DNA of 64,000 nt from the NCBI GenBank assembly GCA_013265495.1, contig MU058844.1, positions 10,562,184 through 10,626,183 on the forward strand, written 5' to 3'. Position numbers and translations under genes: made by a program. Under the pieces are notes generated by a model. The model saw nothing but the letters and a program-made list of their open reading frames with translations. It was not told the origin of the DNA and did not search any database. Positions within the stretch are counted from its first letter, which is position 1, and each line of letters starts with the position of its first letter. This document shows, one piece after another, positions 37,701 through 49,610 of this stretch. This stretch comes from Vicugna vicugna (taxonomy: Eukaryota).

Positions 37701-40700
37701 GAACTGACAAGAGCAGGGACAGGAGCAGTCTCTGGAGAGTCAGGAATCACCATGTTTGCTCTCACTCGAGACACCAGTGGCACATTCTGTTCATGGCTTT
37801 ATTTCCTTCATTTAGTGTGTTCATATGCAACACATTTTTCTGAATTAAAACATCAGTAATCGAATTTATACTCACATTCGATTGATGGTCCCCTAGAATT
37901 GGTAACCTTGGCCTAATACACCAATTTATTCTAAAATCTATAATTGCCTGCATTTGTAATTGAGCTCACAATTTTGCCCTGTCACCATTCTGAATTGTAA
38001 ATCCTGGCACTCTGCTGCCAGTAATTTTGATATTGTGACTTTAATTTTAATTGTGGGTGACATTTTTGGGGGGATATGCATAAAGACTCAAGATGTTTTT
38101 AAGGTTAATCAGACTTGAAAAAAATCAATGAATATACATAAACCTTGATTGAGCATCCACAAATAGGTAGAAAACAGAAAATACACAAACATTCTTGAGA
38201 ATTCACTTCCAATAACTGATTTATATAGTTCTTATTTCTGTAGAGTTTGGGGAAAAAAGATTTTTTTTTTTTTGACAGTGGCTTGGTCCACACTGCCATC
38301 CCATACTTGCCTCCTCCCCCATCAGCTGTTGATGATAAATTGCTTGGTGGGAATAACTCTTGGCAGAAAAGAGTAAACAATCATACAATAATTCAAAGAC
38401 TGAGGTTTGTTAAGCACCTCTAGATAAACAGATTAGGAACATAATGTATGTAATTCAGGAGCAAGCCAACTAAACCTATCGTATAATAAGTGATGTTTTT
38501 TTCTCACATCTGCCCACAATACTGAATCTAGTTTCATTCTTGTTTGCTGATAAACTTCTACTCAAAACTTGAGATGATGAGACTATAAGTTAAAGTCATC
38601 ATGTGGCTCTAAGTATATGGTGCTCCAGAGCTCCCAGGCTGGTGTCGAAAAGGTTTGTCAAAATAGTCATTAATCTCACTGCCATTGGATTTTTGTCCAT
38701 AACCCATATGGTTACACAGTGTAAAGCCACTGAATTTTTTTGTTGTTTTTTTTGTTATTGAACTCACAAATTTTACTTGCCCATGTGATTAGCTGAATAT
38801 TTCTTATACCTATTCTGGTTACAGGTCCCTGTAGATGATAAATTCTTATTTTAATACTAACCTGTTCAATTAGTCTTGTTTTTGATACCCAAGAGTTAGG
38901 GAATTACAGACATGAAAGAGGTGGTCTAAAGATTATTTTTGGCATACAAATCTAACCCTGTAAAATTTGCTTTCTATTTTGTATGTAAAATATGTGCTAT
39001 AAAGACTTTTCCACAAAAGCTTACATATTAGCGATTGCAATGAGCAACTAAGTATTGTTATTTACTGTAACCAAGTGGTAAACAATCCTTAAATCCGCTG
39101 GATATTTTCAAAGCCGGGAACTTCTCTTTAGTTGCCATGTTGATTATACAGTTCAGGACCCAGTAAAATACAAAAACATGATGCATACGGAGAATTTGCT
39201 TCAATTACTAAAACTCAATTTCCTTTACTGATGAAAGATCTAAATTAAAATGATCACCTCTCAGCCTACCCCTGATGTTTTCCAGAGGATGGTGAATCCT
39301 CGAGTTGAGTAACCAGGACACAAATAATCCTTCTGTAAGATTCTAGCTTCCACAGAGCAGTCCAAACAGTAGGTATGACCCCAGGGAGGTTACATTCCTG
39401 GTGCCATCGATCCCAGTTCAGTCTTTAATGTTCTAGAGGTGAATTCGCCTTGTTAGCTCATCAAAATAATACAGATAAAGAGGGACTGGCATTGTCTAGA
39501 AAGCCACAGGTCCTTCCATGATTAAGAACAGAGAAGTGCAGTGTACAAATTCTCTGTGGTTCAACTTTTTTTATTTTCATGTGTCTGAGGAACCTAGGGA
39601 TTCACTCCTTCATCAAATGAAAGAATTTGAAAGCTGTTGCAACAACAAATCAACCTAATTAAATACAAATCATTTTACTGTGTGTTTTGTCTAACTCTGT
39701 AAATTCTGCAAGGGACAACAGCAAAATATTCATAAAAGGTAATAAGAGAAGCAGAAGGAGTTTTTTTGTTTTTTGTGGTAGGAAAAACGCTTTATTTAAC
39801 TGAAAAAAAGATACCCTGAATAGCTATCTGTACCACATAAATGTACTTTGCTATTGTCTTACAGTGAGCAGGAAAAAGTATAGTTAGGGAAGTGATGGAA
39901 ATAGGTGTCTGTTCTGCAAAGCATATTAGAGCCTCCATTATGCCAGTGATAAATATTTCAGCAGCTTTGTTGAGGTGTGGATAAATTTCCCTCAGAGTAT
40001 TCATAGAAGACATGATGCGAGATTATCGATAGTACCAAACACCACCCAGACTACCTGGGGAAAAATCATAAATCTTACAAGCAGTCTACATTTGCTTGCA
40101 TTTCTACAATATCTGAATTTGCTTAGTAATTCATAGAGGGGACCACACTGTGGCATTTATACTTCATCACAACCCAGGAATCTCTACTCCGTGTTTGAAG
40201 TACAAATCATTTGCCAGGGCACTAAACCAATTTTTTTTCTTTGAATCTTTATACTAATAACAGGGCTAGAAAGAAAAGTGCTAAAACCATGTCATTCTAA
40301 TAAGATGGGTCATTTCTAGAAGGACAGCACAGTAAACATCAAATTTTTCGATACAGCCTTATTTGTTTACTTTGTTCCCTGAATTCTCTCTTTTCTTTTT
40401 CTCTTCTATAGCTTCTTTACTATGTATGGGTAAATAACAAGGAGAATTAGCACCCCCAACCCCACCCCGCCTTTTCAGGCAAAAGCAGGACCTGGGGAAA
40501 AGGGAGTTTCTCAAGAGGGTGTGGAAAGGAACAAAGCACGTGTGTTTATGTCTTTATGAAAATCAATTACCTGAGGTCTGAGTACCTTCTAAACATTATC
40601 CAGAACTGCATGGGAACTTAAATCTGAACTGGCAGGGGGAAAATAATCTCTCGGGGAGAGTGAGTGTAATAGTTTGGCCGTCTCTTGCACATGAGGAATA

Positions 40701-41861
40701 AACTGGGAAAGCATGCTAGGCAAAGGCATCCTTTTTGGGAAATCCTTCCACTTCAACCTGAGAACAGTCTCCCACCATTTTGTCACTTCCCTGAGGTAGC
40801 GGACCCTCGCGGCTGAGAATCACTACTTCCATCGCAAACATTTCTTTAACCAGGGGTTGGGTACCTTGACAACTTGATGGAAAAACATGTCGACTAAAAT
40901 GTTCTTAATAAGCCCGCCTCAGGACCTTCCTCCCCTGTGGTCTCATCAGCCGTCAATGAACTACACTCATAACCCTCAATTCTCACGTAAAACCCGATCT
41001 GGCAGAGAAGTAATTACCTAGCTGGAGCTGTGCCCCTCTGCGGTGAAGCCCAGGAAGCATGATAATGCTGTCTAATTAGTGTTTATTATCTGATCCGTTC
41101 ACGTTGGTGGTAGTACCAAAAAAAGTGCCCCTCAGCTGGACGTGCCTATCATAACGAGACACAGAAGCTACTCACGTAAAAGCTTCTCATTGTCTGCATT
41201 TTCCTTGCCATGGCAACCAAAATTCAGCTTCCTTCCAAGCAATTTGTAGCTCAGCCATGCTCCCTAGACCGCTCGTGGCTGACCTGGCATTCCATCTAGG
41301 ACTTTCTAAATGTTAGCCTGACAACAGGTGTTGGTATTACTGCGACGAAGACCTGCATGATAAGCTTCTCATTTTACTCTATGGGGACAAGTAGTACGTT
41401 CAGGGCTTGTTCTTGGCAGCTGTTACTCTAACAGAAAGTCAGAATTCAAATCCTTGAAACCCCCTGCCACTCTGTGTGCTGAGGTGGGGAGTAAGTACAC
41501 AGATGCTTCTGCATTTCTATGAGGTGCTGTTACCCGCACCTTGGCTCTTGCTATGCGCTTTATAACTACCTTCGATCTTCAAGGGGCTCTGATAAGAATA
41601 ATCTGATTCCCTGAATCGATGGGAACTTGAGACAGTCTCAACAACAGGGTTTTACCAAGTTGAGTATACAGCTGGACCTTCTGGAGGGAGGATCGGTTCG
41701 TTTGGGGAGAGCAAAAGAAGCACCTCTAACCCTTTCAAAAATCAACGCTGGTGTGTTTTAGAGTAGAAATCAGGGAATTCAAAATAACAGTGCTGTAGCT
41801 TAATCCAGACTCTTAATCTTCCATTTTTAAAGAGATTAAAAACTATGAAATCCTGGGAAGG

Positions 41862-42035
41862 TATGGTGCGGCAGCTAAGGGCACAGACTTTAGGTGACTT
41901 AGGTTTCTAAGCCACAGTTATCTCAACTGCAAAATGTTGATAATGATAGTATGTATGCTCTAGAACTGTCATAGGAATTACATGGGGCAAAGATTGTCGA
42001 GTGTTGAGCGCACGTGAGGCACACGGTAAGCTCTG
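41862..42035 (+). mobile_element. MIR SINE
   Basis: 'agccacagttatctcaactgcaaaatgttgataatgatagta...ggcacacggtaagctct'. Confidence 0.7.
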
Positions 42036-42744
42036 GGTCAGGCAGCAGTACCAGTACTCCATCAGCCCACGTGGTATTACACATCGGTGCTAATCCCCTT
42101 CTTGTGGGGCTGGCGTTCTGGGACACACACACTATACTCCTCTACCTAACTTCCACATCCTACATATGGGATTGCTCAAGCAGTCCAGGAAATTTGGGGG
42201 TTTCAAGAAGGAAAAAGGCACAAGTAGGCATTGCCGGGAGATAATAAAAAAAAAAACCCAAACTTTCGGCTAAGTTTCACTTGGGGAAAGGCAAGGGAAG
42301 CTTCTAGTTCTGCTAAACAAACTCCCTTCACTTTTAGGAAAGCTCTTGCTTGATCTCAGGTGCAGACAGAGGAGTGTCAGATACTGGCTGATGCAAAAAG
42401 GTATCAGTGTGAATAAACATGCACATTTCAAACTGTATCTCTCCAAAGAGTCTCTCAACTCCCAGCCCTGTCTGTATTTTAGAGCATGCTAATTAGTTCT
42501 TGCTGTTAAAAATTTTCTCAAAAGCTCTACGTGACATGTGCTGTTACAGCCTCTATTTTAGGGGGAGTAGAAGGAGTGTTAAGAGAGAGGCCAAGATTAG
42601 AGCTAAAATCATACTTTGAAGGATTCCATATGCTATGAAAATTAAAGTATAATAATAGGTCAAAGAAGTTTTTCCAAAGAAGTCAGAATGTTTCTAGAAA
42701 GGGCTTTTAGATTCACAAATTAGGACACATGATCCAGGTAGAGT

Positions 42745-42921
42745 TAGAAGGCAAGGTTTGGATGACTTGTTCAGTCGTTTGACTCTCTGGAGTGAATTTG
42801 GCAAGTTAATTAAGGTATCTTTTCAATGGGATGAAAAATACCTGTCTCAGGTTTGTTGTGATGGTAAGGTGCTGTACTGCATATAAAGTATTAAGCACAG
42901 CCAGTGGGCTTCAATGATAGC
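42745..42921 (+). mobile_element. MIR SINE
   Basis: 'gtgaatttggcaagttaattaa...aatacctgtctcaggtttgttgtgatggtaag...taaagtattaagcacag'. Confidence 0.65.
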
Positions 42922-44899
42922 TTTTTTTTTTAAATTGTTACATTTCCTTTGGGTTATTTTAGTATTCTCTCAGTAAATCTGTTTGCCAAAGATGGAGTTC
43001 TACGAGCTGATGATTCAGTATAGAGATGTGTCTATGATTACTATACTAAGAGGCAAAAGACACAACAGAGAGATTTCTTTGAAATCACAGCTTTCCAGGG
43101 GTTTGATACTGAGCTTGGAATGAAAGATCTCAACCAATCCAAGAGCTTGGGCCAACTAGGACTTTCCATAAAAACACTAGGAAGTTTTAATATATTACAT
43201 AGCTTAGAGTGCTCTTTGAGATTTTAAGATAATTAACAAAACCCTGAAGTATTTTCAGGGTCCTCTGCGGACTCCTTGGAATGGTACACAGCTGGCTCCC
43301 TTTGGTAACGTTCAAAAGGCCAATTTTCTTTATTCTTTGAGAATGTACATGTCATTCCCCAGAATATTTTCAACAGAAGTTTTAAAAAATGACAGGGTTT
43401 CATTGCGTGGCAGTCTTGCTAACCTAATTAAGTAATCAAGTGATTTGTTATTTCAAGCATATCCCATTGTCTTGCCTGCATGATTAACTTGCTAAAAAAT
43501 TCTCTGCTGATACACTTATTGAGTCTGAGGACCATTTACCAAACCATAATCTTAGAGCTGAAATTGAGGTTGTAAATGGTCAGAAATATGAAAATAACAC
43601 TAAATTAAATGCATTTCTTATCTCAGGAGGAAATTACCATGGAATAATGTAGAAGGTAACAAATTGCCAATTCCTAGCCCCATTTTGAAAAGAAACATTA
43701 TGACCCAAGCCCTGTTTTTCAAACATATACTCATTTTTGTTCTCTCCTAAGAAGTCACTCTTGTAACTTCCACAAATTTCCTAGCCTCTTCATGCAGGTA
43801 ATTGATGTAAGAGCTTTCCCTATTTCAGTTGTAAATTCATCTAATGATCATTTTTAGTTGTGATATTTGGTGCTTCCCCAGGTGGGGTCCTTAGTTTGCG
43901 TCCGTGTGGGCATTCCAGCATGTTCCTTGGGTTAATCACTGCTGATCCGGACTCCAATCTTTATTTTTTTTGTTCTTGGCATGAGGTTATGATTTTATGA
44001 TAGCTTTTCATCAAAAACATCTGCCCAACTGTGGGTCATGTTTTTTTTTATTAATTTTCATATTCAATGGGGTTAGTAAATTATGCTTTTGACCTTCACA
44101 AGTGGTTCTTAAATCAGAGTGGAATGAAAATCAATCCTCTTGCCAAGTCAAGAGGACCCAGGTTTGCTTTCAGTGCCTCAAGCTTTATTAAACTAAACTC
44201 TCCTCAATTAATTCTTTAAAAACAATTATTTTCTTTACAAATACATTTCTATAAATTGACTTATCAGTAGGCTATATATAATCCAGCCTCTTGAGTAGTA
44301 AGAAGAACTAAAAAATTAGTTTCCAATGGACTATTTCTCTTTGGAGTGTTAAGAGTTGGTATTTATGTATCAAAGATTATAAAGCAACAATAGAAGTTTC
44401 TTGAAGCTGGGCCATACTTGTGATCTTTCTGAAGATTTCTAGATCTGTCCTGGAGACAGGCAAACTGGGGTTGGATTGGAAGGATTTCATAAAGGAATTA
44501 AGCCTTGAGCATGTCCCAGTTACTGAGGAAAAGATATATAGCAGAAGGGAAATTTGAGTTTGGTTATCAGAGAGACAAGTATTTTCAGGATGCTGTTTGG
44601 CATAAGGAAAGAATGCAAATCAAATCTAGGATGAGGATTAAATGTGAAGATGAAGGTAATTTCATGCCTAATGGCTTGTGTTTTATATAATCAGTGGCTT
44701 TAAGAATGAGATAATATGAAGAGGAAGTGAGAAAGAGACTAAGCCAATAACTTGCAAATGTTCTTGACATGATAGACACATAGGAGCAATTCATCGTGAT
44801 TGAGATGAAGAAAGGCACATTTCCATGGCAGGCTTCAAAGTTAAAGAAGTTCTAACTTTGATTAACTTCATTCTAGCTCTCTCCATTTGTTCTTCCAAT

Positions 44900-45325
44900 C
44901 AGTACCATAAATTGAACCTGTTCTAAAGGAAGCCCGTACCGTTCATTTTCCCTGAACGAGACCTGTTGCAGATTTCCCCATCTCAGTGGTTCAGCAACCC
45001 CACTCTTCCAGTTGCTCAGGACAAAATCCATGCACTCATCCTTGGCTTCTTACTCTTGCAGAGTCAAGCAAATCCTCTTGGTTCTTCCTTCAGGATATAT
45101 TCAGAACCTGACTACTTTTCATAAACAGTCCCTGCTTCATTTTCCTCCTAAACTCTTAGAATCTAGCACACTTTGTATTTTACTCACTCATCTTGCTTAG
45201 TATTTTTCTTCCCTTATAGAATATCAGCCTTCTGAGAGAGAACTGACTATTCTATTTACTGCTATATCCTTAGCCTCCAGAACGGCGAACACATAGTAGG
45301 TGTGCTACACTTTTTGAATGCAAAT
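44900..45325 (+). mobile_element. L2 fragments
   Basis: 'tttccccatctcagt...cttccagttgctcaggacaaaatcc...catccttggcttctt...tcttccttcaggatatattcagaacctgac' plus an L2-type tail. Confidence 0.8.
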
Positions 45326-47218
45326 AAAATCGGTAGGGAAGAAAGAGGAAAGGGCAACACACACTGAATTACATTTGCTCTTGGTTGATTCAACAGCTAT
45401 TTTTGTGTACTCACTATGTGCCTCCTTGAATAGTCAGATGTTTAAATCTTGTGTATATTGTATATATTTCATTAAGATGCTAAGTTATCCTTAGGATTTT
45501 AGATAAAATCCAGAATATATATCATGGACTACACAATACACATGTATTCATAGAATACATACTTATGGCACTGAATGAATATGTATCTCCCCTCTTATTT
45601 GGGTTAACAAGTTAGTACCTGCAAATTTATAAAATCTGAAGGATCTCATCACATTTGAATAGAATTTGCTTGGAAAGAACTCATTTTCAGAATTATAATT
45701 AAACTTTTCTCACATACACTATCTTCTGTTTAATTTCATTCAAGACCAGAGTGATGACGATGAAATAGGTGTTAGAGTGTAATTAAGCATGCTTTAGAAC
45801 ATGATGGGGTTTTTCTAAATAACAGATTTGGTGTTTTGAGTAAATTGTGTATCACTTTAGCATCCTGGATATTTTCAATTTATAATCACTCAAAGGATTG
45901 CAGATCTGTAAGGGAGAGAGGGAACTAAGTTGTTTATACAACAGTGGTAATAGGGTCAACGTCTGAATTTTCAAAAGCAGCCCTATTGTGTAAACGGGAT
46001 TAGATTTCAAGAGGCAGATGTGACATCTCGGAAAATGGAAAGAGGAGAGAAACTGAAGATTGTGCTTTGTAGTCCGTATGATTTAAATAGTCTTAGGAGT
46101 TTGTGTGTTTTATCTTACTGGATGTAAAAATGACCTATTTTAGGTTGGAGATGGCTAAATATCTTTTTAAAAACATCAGAAACCTCAGTCAATGTGATTT
46201 ACTGACTTGTATTTACTATGAATCTCAAACCAAGTCCCTACTAAATACTAAGAGTATTGTGCCTTTGTGAGATGTCTTTTCAGATGGGAGACTCTTCTTA
46301 AAAACGAAGTGAAATAGATGGAATCTGATATTTGTGAATTGCTATGTCACTAAGTTAAAACTGTATCTTCAAACAGAATGAGGCATATTTACTAACATAA
46401 TAGTAATATTAATAAAATTTAAAGGGAGAATAACATTTTTGTTGATATATAAAACAATTATAAAATGCGTATTTTATTTTTGCTTTAGCCTTTAAATTGT
46501 TTTACTTGTAAATAAGTGTATAATGTTCATTTTATATTACTACAATCTTAAATGTACAACATTGATAAAACTACAAGTAAACATATAAATGAGAATGTTC
46601 TCAAAGTGTTAGGTGAACATCATCAAAATTTGAAGATCTCTGATCTCATCATTAGACAACTGGTTAAGCTTTGATTATAAAGAAGGGATAGCTCCCTCCA
46701 GCCCCATCCTCTTTGATTTTCACAGTGTTTATCTGGCTTACAAATAATTATTTGGAAAAGAGATAATTTTGAGAAAAATGACCTATAACTCCTAAATCAG
46801 TCTACATCCATTAGGTGAGGGAAATCTTTAATTTCATATCCTGTTAATTTTTTTTAACACAGGCTTTAAAAAATTTTTTTTAGTTGTTTGTTATTCTTTT
46901 TGAGACTGTAGGCTCCATAGGTGGATGGACCACGTCCATCTAATCGACTGAGTCTCAAGTGCCCAATGTAGCGCTTTGCCCAGATGGTGACTGATGTGCT
47001 GATAGACTGGTTTTTTTTTTTTTTTTAAGAAGCCAGAGATAATGAGCAAAGAGGAGGGAGGTGAGGACATGATGGTGAGGGGGATTTCTCACTTTATAGG
47101 ATGATGGCAAAACTTGGACCAAGAAGGGGATTTAGCCTGGCAATTGAAATTTAAAATCCACTTGTTTGGGGGATCCTCCTGCTGTCTAACCTAGTATGGT
47201 GTTACTTCATGTTACTTT

Positions 47219-47446
47219 CTTTCCTTTTTTAAAAATTGAAGTGTAGTCAGTTTACAATGTTGTGTCAATTTCTGGTGTACAGCATGTTTCAGTCATACAT
47301 ACACGTACGTATATTTGTTTTCAGAGTCTTTATAGTGAAAAGGTTATTACAAGATATTGAACATAGTTCCCTGTGCACTATGGTATAAACACATTGTTTA
47401 TGTATTTTATATATAGTAGTTAGTATCTGCAATTCTTGAACATCAG
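47219..47446 (-). mobile_element. L1 3' end, camelid/cetartiodactyl type, with 13-bp TSD
   Basis: T-rich tail, then 'aattgaagtgtagtcagtttacaatgttgtgtcaatttctggtgtacagca...gatattgaacatagttccctgtgc'; TSD ttcatRttacttt at 47206-47218 and 47447-47459. Confidence 0.9.
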
Positions 47447-48452
47447 TTCATATTACTTTATACATCATTTGCTTTTTCAGACATACTGACAACCTTCCAG
47501 AGGTTTGTTCTACATTTCCTAGCCAGTCTTGAAATAGACACTGATTTAGACTGTGTCTGCCATGCCGGCTTTAGGTTAAAGAACTAACTACAGTATTATG
47601 CCTAAAGATACTGTCCTTTCTATGGGAATATAATCGGTAATCCTAGGAGTATTGTTACAATCACACAACATCATAATTGAGCCGCGCTAATCAATTTGTA
47701 AGTGTAATCTGGATAACTCCATTGTGACATAATGTCTTAACGTACTCAGTTCCGTTCAACTTGACTTCTGATTCAGTTCAGTTCATACTATAAGCTCAAC
47801 ATGGTGGAAGAGGATAAAATGAAATATCTGCATTTTCATTTTTATTTCAACCTTTACGGGCCCTGCTTTAGGCAAAGCTTGATGATGGCCATGCAAAATG
47901 AATTAAGTTGGGTCTCTGGCAAAAAGAATTTAGAAAGAGCCACAGGTACCTACAGAGTGTGATAAACCATGGGAAGGGGTAACTCCACTGTGCCCTGGGG
48001 ACACAGAAAACGGGACAAATAGGGTGCCTGGCAACCCTGATGATGAAAGAGTTCAGTCTCATGAATGAGGAAAGGCATTTACGGGACACAATCAAAGGAA
48101 GACAAACCTGTGATCAAGTGAAATACGTGGACAGTATAAAGACGAGGGAAAATGACGATGGGGCTAAGATAACAGGAAGTTTCCTGGAGAAGCAAATATT
48201 TAATTGGTTCTACCCAGGTCAGTGGGTTTGTTTTTTGCTACTTTGTGCCCAGCTGACAGAGGAGGGGCAAAAAAGAAAGGCAAGACGACAGGAAGCTTTT
48301 TAGCTCATACCTCTGGGGCATGACTTCTGAAATGATGAAAGGAAATTAAAACTGCCCAGAAACTCGCTGGCTGCCTGCGATTGGCTTCCCACTGGGAAGT
48401 CACAGCTCACTGTTTTATAGCTGCTCTTTTTTGCATTATGTATACTTGTAAA

Positions 48453-48500
48453 CACTAACCTTTCTCTCTCTCTCTCCCCACCACCTCTCTCTTTTTTCAG
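48453..48500 (+). other. Consensus 3' splice site (branch point, polypyrimidine tract, CAG)
   Basis: CACTAAC at 48453-48459, ~38-nt pyrimidine-rich tract, CAG ending at 48500; use in vivo not shown. Confidence 0.45.
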
Positions 48501-48829
48501 TTGTTGGAGAAAACATAAATTCCTTCTGGACATTATTTTCCAGCAGAAATAAGAAACATGAAAAAAAAAAAAAGAATAAAGAGCAGTGTTTTTTTTGCTC
48601 ATTAGGGCATTGGCTGTTTATCTATGAAGTCACAGGCATTTGCATGTGTTGGCATCCGCAGGCACAGTTGGGTAATGTTACTCTGTCAAAATAATCTATA
48701 GAGGGTATTAATTGTGAGTCAACTGATCATTTTGCAGCTCAAAAGCATTTATTATCTTTTAGGGTTGAGGTTTCTATGGTTTGGGGATTATGGCCAATTG
48801 AAATGACAGCGTGCACAGTCTAGACAGTG

Positions 48830-49032
48830 GAATGCAGTGGGTAAGCAGACCGGCTTAGGTAACAGGCCCAGCTGGAGTGAGGAGCCGGGACCGCCATTCA
48901 TTCACTCTGACCTTGAACACGTCTCTTAATGTTTAAGCCTTAGTTTCCTCATTTGCATATGGGGATAATCTTGACCTCATGAGATTAGGATTAAAGGAAA
49001 CCCAGAGCAGCACCAGATTACAGCTATCATCA
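48830..49032 (+). mobile_element. MIR SINE
   Basis: 'tgaccttgaacacgtctcttaa...agccttagtttcctcatttgcatatggggataat'. Confidence 0.8.
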
Positions 49033-49414
49033 TCAGTGGTCGTCCATTTTTTTTTTTAGGGGAAAAATAAAATACTAGCCCTTTGTGGGGATAAACTTGT
49101 CTTCAATCAATAGGCTCTGCCATGTGCTAATATTAGCTTCAGGCCGAGCATGATCATTTAGAGCTTTAGCTCCCACCTAGAATGCGACAGTTTTAGGAGA
49201 CTGGAAGGATTTAACAGGTTAGCCCCCTGCCTGCGGTGGTGAGTAGGGCACCATTTCTAACCCTGTGTTTCTCCTAAGCTTGCCTCTAGCCTTTGCTTAG
49301 GTGCTGAAATTGAAAGAACCACGTCGTAGGGGTCTCCACTGCTGAGACCCACTGATCGTATTTGACACCTTTAGAATTAACAAGAGTAAGCTGAATTCTT
49401 TCCCCACATATATG

Positions 49415-49610
49415 CGGGCAGTCATCCTGTCCTCTCTAGATCTGTTCTTTGTAGCTTGAGCATCTCCAAGTCCTTGAGCAGTTCCTCAACAGAACAGACT
49501 GGATCTGCCCTCTGTGTGACCCTGGTTTCCCTCTGGATTTGCTTCAGAAAGTTAATGTCTCTCCTCTTCAGTGTGTTTCTGGAAGCGAATGCAGTATTCC
49601 AGACTTCTCA
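49415..49610 (-). mobile_element. L3/CR1 LINE fossil
   Basis: 'ctgttctttgtagcttgagcatctccaagtccttgagcagttcctca...ccctctggatttgcttcag...gaatgcagtattccag' resembles antisense CR1 RT. Confidence 0.55.

Noticed and set aside
41028..41045. CTCF-like motif; also a half match near 16119-16133
   Set aside because: Spacing or 5' half does not fit the core consensus
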